A stretch of DNA of 64,000 nucleotides from an uncultured Coprococcus sp. (GTDB lineage: Bacteria > Bacillota > Clostridia > Lachnospirales > Lachnospiraceae), in assembly GCA_900548215.1 (NCBI GenBank), contig URJI01000003.1:3767-67766 (forward strand). The letters are read 5' to 3'. Shown in pieces: positions 9,301-17,083 of the stretch. The notes beneath the pieces are model-generated. The model was not told the DNA's origin and made no database searches. It was given only the letters and a program-made list of their open reading frames with translations. Position 1 is the stretch's first letter. The number at the start of each line of letters is the position of its first letter. Position numbers and translations under genes: made by a program.

Positions 9301-11659
9301 AGGTGTCCGTTCCGATGGTCTGTCCCCAGGTCCCTTCTGACTGGCCGTTCTGCAGGAGATACGCAACCTCACCTGTTTTGAATTGCTCTGTCGTTTTACC
9401 TTCAACCTTTTCAGTGGTTCCGTCATTCGCGCCTATCGCATTTCCAGTATAAATAGTGCTGTCGTAATAACAGTTTGTAATGCTTGCATTGGATTCATTA
9501 CGTCCGATCACACCTCCTACATTAACCCCTGTACCACTGACACTACCGGTATTATAACAGTTTGTGATAATTCCTTTATTCCATCCGTTCACGCCTCCTA
9601 CATATCCACTACCACCAACACTACCGACATTATAGCAGTTTGTGATAGTTCCTCCGTCATTATATCCGCTCACGCCTCCTACATAACGTTCTGTACCACT
9701 GACGCTACCGGCATTATAACTATTTGTGATGGTTCCTCCGTCATTATATCCGTTCACACCTCCCACATTACCTTCGCTACCACTGACGCTACCGATATTA
9801 TAGCAGTCTGTGATGCTTCCGGTATAATTAATTCCGCTCACGCCTCCTACATATTCTAAGCCACTGACGCTGCCGGCATTATAACTGTTTATGATAGTTC
9901 CTTTACTATTATATCCGCTCACGCCTCCTACAAAACCGCTACTACCACTGACGTTTCCGGTATTATAACAGTTTGTGATGCTTCCGGTATAATTATATCC
10001 ACTCACGCCTCCTGCTGTTCCTATACCACTAACGCTGCCGGTATTATAACAGTTTGAGATAGTTCCGGTATAATTATTTCCACACACGCCTCCTACCTTG
10101 CTGGTACCATAGAAATAAGAATCCAAAATACCTGCATTGGCAATCTTACCATTGTTACGACCGAACAATCCTACAGCATAACTATCCTCTTGATTGAAAT
10201 ACAATCCACTGATGGTGTGGTTTTGTCCGTCAAATATACCGCTATATGTACTATTGGAAGAACCTGTAATAGGTGTCCATTCCTTAAATGTTCCCTCGTT
10301 CAAGGTTCCATCCGACTTCAGGACATTTTTATTCACAACAATGTCCGCCGTCAGGACTGCATTCGCTGATACATTCTGCTCTACACCTGAAAGTGTATCA
10401 TTTACAAGTCCGGCAAACCAGTAAAGCTGGCCTGCATTTCCAATCTCGTACACCTTGTCCTTACTATCATCATTGTCGATATCATACTTGTCCGTAGTGA
10501 GTACTGCCGGCTGATACGCGTCGCAATCTGTACAAAATCCCTGCGAATTATAATTGTGTGATTTCGTTTCTTTAGTCACATATCCGATCGGACAGTCTTT
10601 GCATGCTACTCCTTTTGTATGTTCTTTGTCATCTTGCCAAATATATGTAATATTACCGTTTGTATTATGTTTGTGTTCAGCTCCATCTATCAGAATTGTG
10701 GCTCCATCTTCAACAATAAGCTTGTCCAGATTTGTGATGCTCGCACTACTCTCAAATTCTATGCTTTCTCCACTTGCAATCGTTAAATCTTCTTTTAAAG
10801 CGGCTTTACCATATACATATGTTTTCGTTACATCATCACCGGTATCAATGTCGTTCCATTGCTTTGTGATGACAGAGTTGCTGAAGTCACAATCACTTAA
10901 TACAGGTTCTTGACAGGCTAAAGCACGGCTAACCACGATCTGGCTTCCTGATACATTAATTTGTTGATTTGATCTAATTACCTCACCTTCGTATCGTTCT
11001 GTTGTTGCTTTCGCTTCAACATAACTGTCTACTATATTAATTTTATCACCACTAATTACGTTTGAATGATCCTCCTCATTTGCTACCACATGGCTATTTT
11101 CAATCGTTAAGCTGCCGCTACATTCAATTTGGGAAGTCTCCAGCGTTGCTCCTATAATTTTTATATTATTATTATTTGAGCCTAAGTCATCTGCACTGAT
11201 TTTTCCACAACTTAGACTTTCATTCTGATTGTTACCATTTATTTCTAATGTAGGCACAATTCCGCTTTCTGTTAAAATACTTTGAATCACCATATCTGAT
11301 CTCATAGTATTTGTTCCGGATAACATAATCGAAAGATCACCGTTCTGAATCGTAATGTTTCCAGAAATAGACGCATTTTCCAGTACAAGCTGATTCCTCG
11401 TGATGTCATAGTACCAATTAGTTCCCTGATATATCGTGTCATCATTACCAGAAACTTCATCATCTTGAAATTCCCCATTATCAATAAGACGTGTTGAGCC
11501 CATCAATAAATATTCGGGTATTTTTTCCGTTGTAGTCTCCTCTGCCTTAGCAGTCATCACTCCCCAGTCACTTACACCCATCACCGGCGCAGGCGACGTA
11601 AACACCGCGGCAGCAAGCGCAATTATAATTCCCTTCTTAAATATTAATCCCTTTCTCAT
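6344..11659 (-). CDS. 1771-aa secreted/cell-surface protein with GLUG-like beta-helix repeats, Ig-like/MBG-like repeats, Cys/His linkers and a C-terminal LRR_5 (BspA-like) module
   Basis: Signal peptide MRKGLIFKKGIIIALAAAV...AKA; ITNCYNTGSVSG..VGGVSGYN repeats; DYxVxYSxNxxVGTAT domains; C-terminal IGNNVTSIGANAFLSCKNL. Confidence 0.85.
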   Translation of the reverse strand: MRKGLIFKKGIIIALAAAVFTSPAPVMGVSDWGVMTAKAEETTTEKIPEYLLMGSTRLIDNGEFQDDEVSGNDDTIYQGTNWYYDITRNQLVLENASISGNITIQNGDLSIMLSGTNTMRSDMVIQSILTESGIVPTLEINGNNQNESLSCGKISADDLGSNNNNIKIIGATLETSQIECSGSLTIENSHVVANEEDHSNVISGDKINIVDSYVEAKATTERYEGEVIRSNQQINVSGSQIVVSRALACQEPVLSDCDFSNSVITKQWNDIDTGDDVTKTYVYGKAALKEDLTIASGESIEFESSASITNLDKLIVEDGATILIDGAEHKHNTNGNITYIWQDDKEHTKGVACKDCPIGYVTKETKSHNYNSQGFCTDCDAYQPAVLTTDKYDIDNDDSKDKVYEIGNAGQLYWFAGLVNDTLSGVEQNVSANAVLTADIVVNKNVLKSDGTLNEGTFKEWTPITGSSNSTYSGIFDGQNHTISGLYFNQEDSYAVGLFGRNNGKIANAGILDSYFYGTSKVGGVCGNNYTGTISNCYNTGSVSGIGTAGGVSGYNYTGSITNCYNTGNVSGSSGFVGGVSGYNSKGTIINSYNAGSVSGLEYVGGVSGINYTGSITDCYNIGSVSGSEGNVGGVNGYNDGGTITNSYNAGSVSGTERYVGGVSGYNDGGTITNCYNVGSVGGSGYVGGVNGWNKGIITNCYNTGSVSGTGVNVGGVIGRNESNASITNCYYDSTIYTGNAIGANDGTTEKVEGKTTEQFKTGEVAYLLQNGQSEGTWGQTIGTDTYPVLHGPKVYKSITYIGCNDSSDVASVSYSNEKKDVFGKHNFEDGICKYCGEKLAATVTKGDETISCVSLPEAIGYAENMPGSVVTVMEDTNTVLDINNTDSDFTIDINGHKTDDIDVNNGKITIIDSKTGGDVKGHLDIKKDSTVTIGNVKISGTIHTMGQLILNGGDINKIILADETIKLYFNNSDIIINDGIYLYGIYGEKIIINAEPHNVIPIVLDGIGVQQGAAYAVAGDGIALKSDWFNASSDDSIIDLSTSIEDNKLRIGALLNDKVYAELDENKNIIYSGSELKPSVKVYYNWDNMFSVQLKEGSDYNVTYSDNINVGTATAIVTGIGAYSGTKKVTFTIESKKISSPTFDGLKPEYTYTGQKVEPEFALMDGDTVISSSEYEVSYSGNTEVGTATITITDATGGNYDINCKAEFDIVKADPVINELPVADLISYDPHKTLNEASISGGAVIGVSGESITGTWNWADDSAVPAVDVTDYDVVFTPDDQKHYNSVKGTIQVNVSKANVNIDVLPTASAITYGDSLAKSVLYGGTAYFDGINKVEIFGTFAWKNDSLKPFVSDSDKTLYTVVFTPADSVNYNTAEIEITVNVSKAAMPNLLLSVDNTHKTVGSIALPGGWTWLDTDAKTAIKAGGSVVATAVYAGDDKENYDSTELKITIYRAACSEGKTVKYTLKGEKAPTCTKAGTGHTECSVCGEVMSTGVYVKELGHKWNSGRVTRKPTYTATGVKTYTCTVCKATKIGSIAKLATTDISKKTSKITVSGIENKIYNGKVHTQKSLVVKAGAKTLRLNKDYTVTYSKNKAVGKASVTICGKNAYSGKITKTFTIVKAAKGKTYTVGKFRYTITGAKADGTGTVAITGTTYSRSDKKFASLTIADTVIVGDVRFKITSVSANAFSRYTVLKNATIGNNVTSIGANAFLSCKNLKKMTIKSAKLKIVGSKAFSGTYSKITFAVPRNKVTAYKKLIKNGSPSAKAIYK
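9465..10110 (-). repeat. About 8 tandem 26-28-aa GLUG-like repeats inside the surface protein
   Basis: Recurring cacgcctccta / ccggtattataacagtttg at about 81-84 bp period. Confidence 0.85.
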
Positions 11660-11687
11660 ATCATTCCTCCGCTTCTATTTAACCCTG

Positions 11688-12341
11688 TTACTTTATCCCT
11701 TTTGTTGCGTAATCAAGTATCATCTCCTTGATCATTATAAGCTCGTCCGTGTAATCCTTGTTGTCGTCCGATCCCCATATGAAGCCCTCCGCATAGTGGG
11801 CGCAGGCCGTCATCATGGAATGAACCGTTACCCGCATGAATTCTGCTTCAGGAATGTCAGTCCGTATAGTTCTGTCCACCTTCGCCTTCTCGTACATCAT
11901 GTGAAGTCTGGTGTCCACCGAATACAGTGAACTGTGAAAATCTACAAGCTGATCATTGTTCTTGCCCTCATGGGTTACATAGTAGTTGAAGTTATCGTTG
12001 TACTTCAGCAACGCCTTGTGGTTCTGATACATGTCTATGTAACTGTCCATGGTAAATCTCAGTCTGTCTATGGCTGGTATGTCATGTACAGACGATATAG
12101 GTCTTCTCGCGTCCAGGCCATCCAGATATCTCTTCCACTGATCAGCACATACTGCTATGACCAGCTCAAGCTTACTTGGATAGTACCTGAACAATGTAGC
12201 CCTTCCCACGTCGGCAGCCCTTGCAATATCTCCCATGCTCACCGCCTCTATCTTCTTGTCTACGAACAGCTCAAATGCAACATCAAGGATCTTTCTATTG
12301 CGCTCGTCCATTTCCTCTTTCAGTTTTTCCGGATCTCTCAT
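11688..12341 (-). CDS. TetR/AcrR family transcriptional regulator
   Basis: ILDVAFELFVDKKIEAVSMGDIARAADVGRATLFRYYPSKLEL TetR HTH. Confidence 0.93.
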   Translation of the reverse strand: MRDPEKLKEEMDERNRKILDVAFELFVDKKIEAVSMGDIARAADVGRATLFRYYPSKLELVIAVCADQWKRYLDGLDARRPISSVHDIPAIDRLRFTMDSYIDMYQNHKALLKYNDNFNYYVTHEGKNNDQLVDFHSSLYSVDTRLHMMYEKAKVDRTIRTDIPEAEFMRVTVHSMMTACAHYAEGFIWGSDDNKDYTDELIMIKEMILDYATKGIK

Positions 12342-12366
12342 ATATTACTTTACACTCCAAAATTAC

Positions 12367-12424
12367 ATTGTGATACTTCCTGTCTCACAATAAATATTTT
12401 ACAGGATTATCTTATGTCAGTCAA
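12367..12424 (-). promoter_or_regulatory. tetR promoter plus palindromic operator
   Basis: Minus strand TTGACT-N17-TAAAAT (12424-12396). Palindrome ATTGTGATAC-N5-GTCTCACAAT (12367-12391, 9/10 symmetric) lies just downstream of the -10. Confidence 0.65.
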
Positions 12425-12426
12425 CC

Positions 12427-12484
12427 AAAATCCCAGAAGTCACATTTCGAATCACATTTCGATAGTAAGTAACTTCTGGGATTT
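12427..12484 (-). terminator. Probable terminator of the hip operon
   Basis: 13-bp perfect arms AAATCCCAGAAGT / ACTTCTGGGATTT, with a large loop containing a duplicated CACATTTCGA. Confidence 0.55.
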
Positions 12485-12504
12485 CGTATTATATTATATT
12501 TTTA

Positions 12505-13455
12505 TCAATCTGCCAAAATCACCATTCTTTCCTCAATCAAATGATTGAAGTCTGATTTCATTTTTTCAGGTATATAAGATTCGTCACACATCTTTTTCAT
12601 TTTATCCTTATTTTTAACTACCAAATTTATCATCTTCTCCGCTGATATCCGACTTAAACCACATACATCAGCAAATATAAGGAAATCTTTTCTTCTCACA
12701 TTTCTCTTTTTCCCATTCATCGGTATCGCCAATTGCTCTGTATCCTCAGGCATGATAACATTTACCGGCAGCAGATCATAGGCTGGTGAGAGAACATAAT
12801 CTCCGCTTCCCACCTCTGTTTCAATAAGCGAAAAATTCTTCAAATGCATATCGGAATTGCCAGTCACGAAAGAAAATACAATTCTCATATAGAATTCTGC
12901 CATATCCAGACCTACACGACTTGAATATTTTTCTATGATCTTTGCACATCGCTCGTATGAACCTTTATATTTGTCCTGTGTAAGACGATAGTCCAACTGA
13001 CAGAAATCTTCCATTGCAAGCATTTCAACAGTTGTTTTCTCGAATATCCTATCCACTCTTTTAGTAATATATGCCATCTGCCCATTTCCTTTGATCAATG
13101 CATGCGGCACCGTTGAAATTCCTATCATATCAGCCATAGACATCACAAGCTGCTCCGCTTCAGGCATCGCTTTAAATTGATCAACCTGAGGTTTAAGTAT
13201 ATATCCTGTTGGACAGTTTACCAATGTAAGTCTTGGATTACCTGGTTCAGAAAGCAGGTGTAACGACAATTTCTTCTGTACCCCTGGAACCGTATACCCC
13301 TTGTTTATACTTTCCTCTGCAAGGACTTTTAATTTCTGTTCGTCTATATCTATGTCTGGCAGCTTAGTCGTCGCAAAGAATCTCTTCACACAAGCTTTAT
13401 GCCAGCCTGTTCCGTTGTCATTTTTCAAAGCTTTTCCACAGCACAAACAATTCAT
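12505..13455 (-). CDS. HipA-family Ser/Thr kinase toxin, HipT-like (lacks the HipA N-subdomain), with an N-terminal Cys/His motif
   Basis: PGVQKKLSL glycine loop; YILKP, EDFCQL, GNSDMHLKNFS and LSPAYDLL motifs. Start MNCLCCGK at 13455 overlaps the upstream stop (ATGA), with GGAGG upstream. Confidence 0.9.
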   Translation of the reverse strand: MNCLCCGKALKNDNGTGWHKACVKRFFATTKLPDIDIDEQKLKVLAEESINKGYTVPGVQKKLSLHLLSEPGNPRLTLVNCPTGYILKPQVDQFKAMPEAEQLVMSMADMIGISTVPHALIKGNGQMAYITKRVDRIFEKTTVEMLAMEDFCQLDYRLTQDKYKGSYERCAKIIEKYSSRVGLDMAEFYMRIVFSFVTGNSDMHLKNFSLIETEVGSGDYVLSPAYDLLPVNVIMPEDTEQLAIPMNGKKRNVRRKDFLIFADVCGLSRISAEKMINLVVKNKDKMKKMCDESYIPEKMKSDFNHLIEERMVILAD

Positions 13456-13787
13456 ATGCGTTCCTCCCTGACACTTACATTGCCTATCGCATCGCGGCAT
13501 GCAACAAGCAGCAATCCAAACCTGTCCCTTACATCTATTTTCCAATTCCTACTGACCACATCAAGCAGCCAGCCCTCAGGGATGAGCCCATCAAAAAATG
13601 AAAATAAAGTCTTGGATTGATACATGTCCTTCGACAAAGGCATGGTAAGTGATACAGCACTGGCATTTTCTCTCTCAATATATTCTTCATCGTATGAAAA
13701 CGTATACCCCTCGTCGGTCTCACATAAAATTCCCGCAAATTCACTTCTTATATATACATAAGCCGTTCTAAAAGTAATATCCATCAT
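13452..13787 (-). CDS. HipA N-terminal domain protein (HipS-like antitoxin)
   Basis: AGILCETDEGYTFSYD...VSLTMPL...FFDGLIPEGW...DAIGNV is the Couple_hipA pattern. ATG at 13787 overlaps the hipB TGA. Confidence 0.88.
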   Translation of the reverse strand: MMDITFRTAYVYIRSEFAGILCETDEGYTFSYDEEYIERENASAVSLTMPLSKDMYQSKTLFSFFDGLIPEGWLLDVVSRNWKIDVRDRFGLLLVACRDAIGNVSVREERI

Positions 13788-13987
13788 CAATCATCCTTCC
13801 TTCCCGGAACGGCCTCCATGCCGAACATCGCAAGAGCTTCATTGACCTTGTCCATACGCACAGTCTCTTTCCCCTGTTCAAGTTCACGGACAAATCTGAG
13901 ACCAAGTCCCGATCTGATTGCAAATTCTTCCTGCGTAAGCCCCGCTTCTTTTCTGTTAGTCTTTATGAATTCAGCTATCTTATTCAT
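13787..13987 (-). CDS. HipB-like XRE HTH regulator (y4mF family)
   Basis: RKEAGLTQEEFAIRSGLGLRFVRELEQGKETVRMDKVNEAL; first gene of a translationally coupled three-gene operon. Confidence 0.9.
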   Translation of the reverse strand: MNKIAEFIKTNRKEAGLTQEEFAIRSGLGLRFVRELEQGKETVRMDKVNEALAMFGMEAVPGRKDD

Positions 13988-14016
13988 CGTTATTACCTCT
14001 TATATGTGTTTCCTAC

Positions 14017-14068
14017 TACACGTGATTCTTCTTACACGTGATTCTTCTTACACGTGATTCTTCTTACA
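14017..14068. repeat. Perfect 16-bp tandem repeat x3 (CACGTGATTCTTCTTA) in the hipB 5' leader
   Basis: Copies start at 14019, 14035 and 14051. Confidence 0.95.
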
Positions 14069-14214
14069 TATTACACCCGATAAGGTATAATTTCAATCAT
14101 ATTTAATAGTTTTTATACCATAACGGGTATAAAACATATGATACGAAGCAAAATTACACCCGATAAGGTATAATAAACGCAACAAGCATCAAAATTATAC
14201 CCCATCGGGTGTAA
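14068..14214 (-). promoter_or_regulatory. hip promoter with four palindromic operators TTAYACC-N6-GGTRTAA
   Basis: 20-bp sites at 14071, 14113, 14154 and 14195. Minus-strand TTGAAA-N17-TAATAT brackets the first site. Confidence 0.85.
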
Positions 14215-14219
14215 CAAAA

Positions 14220-14801
14220 CTACTTTATGAGCACAGGCTGTATCTGTCTTCCCTCAAGAGCCTCCTCTATGGTGGCTGGGATGAGATCAAGTCTGCTTAT
14301 GAGTGAATTGGGTTTCTTCACACAGTTATCCTGTTCAAATGGAACAAAATAAATATTTTTCATGTTCATGAGCTGACCGATATTCTTGAAGTTCATACCC
14401 ATGGCATCATTTGTCGAAATCGATATGATGAGCGGCTTGTTGTTCCTCAGATGTGCCTTCGCAGCCATAAGAACCGATGTGTCAGTTATTCCATTTGTCA
14501 GCTTGGCGATGGTGTTGCCGGTACAAGGTGCTATGACCAGAGCATCAAGATAGGCCTTGGGACCTATAGGCTCCGCCTCCTGTATGGTGTAAATGCCCTT
14601 TCGCCCTGCTATCGTCTCAACGTCATTTACGAATTTGTCAGCTTTTCCAAATCTTGTGTCGTACTCTGCGGAGTGAGGCGAGAATATCGGATACACATTT
14701 ATTCCCATCTCAACCATTTTCTTTATTTCTATCTTAATCTTATCAAAGGTACAAAATGAACCGGTTATAGCCAAACCAACATTGCACTTTGATAAATCCA
14801 T
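14220..14801 (-). CDS. spoVFB: Dipicolinate synthase subunit B
   Basis: GLAITGSFCT, IAPCTGNTIAKL, AAKAHLRN and KPNSL flavoprotein motifs; adjacent to subunit A. Confidence 0.95.
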   Translation of the reverse strand: MDLSKCNVGLAITGSFCTFDKIKIEIKKMVEMGINVYPIFSPHSAEYDTRFGKADKFVNDVETIAGRKGIYTIQEAEPIGPKAYLDALVIAPCTGNTIAKLTNGITDTSVLMAAKAHLRNNKPLIISISTNDAMGMNFKNIGQLMNMKNIYFVPFEQDNCVKKPNSLISRLDLIPATIEEALEGRQIQPVLIK

Positions 14802-14814
14802 TTTTTATTATCTC

Positions 14815-15747
14815 CTATTTATTAAAATCCGATACCGCCCTTATGGCAGCATCTGCAAGAATTATTCCTGATGACTTTGGCGAGAGTTTTCCAGGAATTC
14901 CCAAACTATGTCTGTAAGGTATTTCGTGCTCCTTACAATATTCAAAATCCACTCCGCCCGGCATTGATGCAATGTCTATTACCACCGCCCCGTTATGGAG
15001 CTGTGACAATATGTCTTCACACAGCACTTTGGCTGGAACCGTATTGAAACAGAAATCAACCTCTGACAAAATATGTCCATATATCGCCACATCCTCGAAC
15101 GACATGACCTTGTAGCCACACAGAGCCGCATCACTCCTCTGCTTTGGACGCCTTGCCATAACTATTACATCTGCTCCCCAGGATGCCAGCCTTTCGGCAA
15201 TGATCCTGGCACATTTGCCAAATCCCGTCACCAGACACACACTTCCATCTATATTGATATCAGACAGCTCCTCTGCATCACATACCGCACCTTCTGCGGT
15301 TGCCACTGCATTTCTCTCTGCCACACCTTCATCCGCAAGATAATCAAACACATAAGGACCACTTTCATTTGTATCAGACAAATATTTGCCTATTCCACCT
15401 CCAAACACAATGTCAAATTCCAGACTACACTCCAGAATACTGTTCACTGTGAGAAGTGTTCTGCCGTTGATAAATTCACCATCCCTGGTAACCGGAACTG
15501 GAAGAACAATTGCTTTCAGCCTATCCGTTGAACAGGACGCACATTCACCCTCTATAAGTCTTCGAAATCCTACTCCCGACGCCCCTGATATGATGGTTAC
15601 CGGTGAATGCCTCAGCAGATCGGCATCATATGGATCGAAATGAAACACATTGCTGCCATTTTCAGAAAGGCTCAGAGACATATAACAGCTTCGCCTGTCA
15701 CCGCCAACCACATAGTATACACAATTCCTATCCATACCTTTGTGCAC
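14815..15747 (-). CDS. spoVFA: Dipicolinate synthase subunit A
   Basis: VVGGDRR, NAVATAEGA, GFGKCA, IDIASMPGGVDF and GIPGKLSP motifs. Confidence 0.88.
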   Translation of the reverse strand: MHKGMDRNCVYYVVGGDRRSCYMSLSLSENGSNVFHFDPYDADLLRHSPVTIISGASGVGFRRLIEGECASCSTDRLKAIVLPVPVTRDGEFINGRTLLTVNSILECSLEFDIVFGGGIGKYLSDTNESGPYVFDYLADEGVAERNAVATAEGAVCDAEELSDINIDGSVCLVTGFGKCARIIAERLASWGADVIVMARRPKQRSDAALCGYKVMSFEDVAIYGHILSEVDFCFNTVPAKVLCEDILSQLHNGAVVIDIASMPGGVDFEYCKEHEIPYRHSLGIPGKLSPKSSGIILADAAIRAVSDFNK

Positions 15748-15795
15748 CGCCCTTATATCATTGATAATTTAAGATATGCCGAGGATCTGCAAATG

Positions 15796-17019
15796 TTACA
15801 TAAAAGCGTTTTCAAAAACGCTTAGCAGCTCATCCTTAATTCCTATATCGGGCAGATTCTCTTTGATATATACAGGTTCGATATCAATCAGCTTTCCATC
15901 TCTGTACACTCCAAGCCAGCCTACTATCTCACCTGCAGTTATCGGAGCTGATACAGTATCTAAAATATCATATTTATAAATTATCTCATCATCCAATACC
16001 TGTTCATTTTCGGTACTACATATTGTAATATTCATATCGCAGACCGATGGGCATCTAGCAGTTCCCGCAGATTTTGAAGAAAATATGAGATTCAGATCTG
16101 GAGCTTTGGGAGCTGCAATTTCTGTATATGAAGCATTTTTCTCAGCATATGCGAGAAGCGTTCTTGAATCCTTCCATTTGTATGTCTTGTTATTCGGCCA
16201 GCCACATCCAAGCAGCGCCCATATGTATGTATGTCCGTCATACTCCGCTGCACCTATATAGCAATAACCCGCATCACACGTAAATCCAGTCTTTCCAGAC
16301 AGAGCTTCGTCTGACATGTCAAGAAATGCATTGTGGTTTGAGCAGGCAAATGACCGTGCACCGGAACTGTCCGAGAATGTATAGAATCTGGTTCTTGTAA
16401 TTTCCAAAAATAAGTCACTCTTCGGAGATGTGATAATACAATATCTCATGATCCTGGCAAGATCCTCAGCCGAAGTGCCGTGAATACCGCCCTCGTCCTG
16501 CGCATCCAGACCGTTCGGCGTGATAAAATATGTAGTCCTGCAGCCGATCTCTTTCGCCTTGGAATTCATCATATCCGCAAAATGCTGAACATCTCCGCCT
16601 ATATGCTCTGCTATGACAACCGCAGCATCATTGTAACTTTCAAGCATCATTGCATACAGCATATCCTCAAGGTTGAAAATTTCTCCCTCACGCACGCCAA
16701 GCCTGACCTCAGGCATCTTTGCCGCATACGACGATGCTATAACTGTATCTGCCAGATCTCCGCACTCAAGTGCAATTATACATGTGAGGATCTTGGTCGT
16801 ACTTGCATTTGGATGGTGAACACTTCCATTTTTCTCATACAGGATATCTCCCGTCTCTCCGTCGATCAGAACTGCATTTTCCGCATAAAGTGACAGATCA
16901 TCACCGGCATAGACATCATGCGGCATACCCGCAATAAAAAACGCCACAATATATAATATCACCACGATCAGGTCAGACAGATGATGCTTTATCCGTATTC
17001 TTTCAACCGATATATACAT
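15796..17019 (-). CDS. D-alanyl-D-alanine carboxypeptidase (peptidase S11, DacB-like)
   Basis: ASTTK (SxxK), SYN (SxN), PNGL and GKTG motifs; N-terminal signal/TM segment. Start codon uncertain. Confidence 0.92.
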   Translation of the reverse strand: MYISVERIRIKHHLSDLIVVILYIVAFFIAGMPHDVYAGDDLSLYAENAVLIDGETGDILYEKNGSVHHPNASTTKILTCIIALECGDLADTVIASSYAAKMPEVRLGVREGEIFNLEDMLYAMMLESYNDAAVVIAEHIGGDVQHFADMMNSKAKEIGCRTTYFITPNGLDAQDEGGIHGTSAEDLARIMRYCIITSPKSDLFLEITRTRFYTFSDSSGARSFACSNHNAFLDMSDEALSGKTGFTCDAGYCYIGAAEYDGHTYIWALLGCGWPNNKTYKWKDSRTLLAYAEKNASYTEIAAPKAPDLNLIFSSKSAGTARCPSVCDMNITICSTENEQVLDDEIIYKYDILDTVSAPITAGEIVGWLGVYRDGKLIDIEPVYIKENLPDIGIKDELLSVFENAFM

Positions 17020-17083
17020 ACATTTTCCTTTTTGTTGATCATGATATTATATTAGTGACGTTGTAATAAAATTACTCAATATT

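Noticed and set aside
9465..10110. Diversity-generating retroelement template/variable repeats
   Set aside because: These are in-frame protein repeats with no adenine-specific differences, and there is no reverse transcriptase.
11934..12548. 204-aa plus-strand ORF and other long antisense ORFs (e.g. 2212-2727, 17998-18540, 57691-58287)
   Set aside because: Shadow frames opposite well-supported genes, with no recognisable motifs.
14071..14214. CRISPR array
   Set aside because: The repeats are only 20 bp with variable centres, one lies within a promoter, and there are no cas genes. An operator array explains it better.
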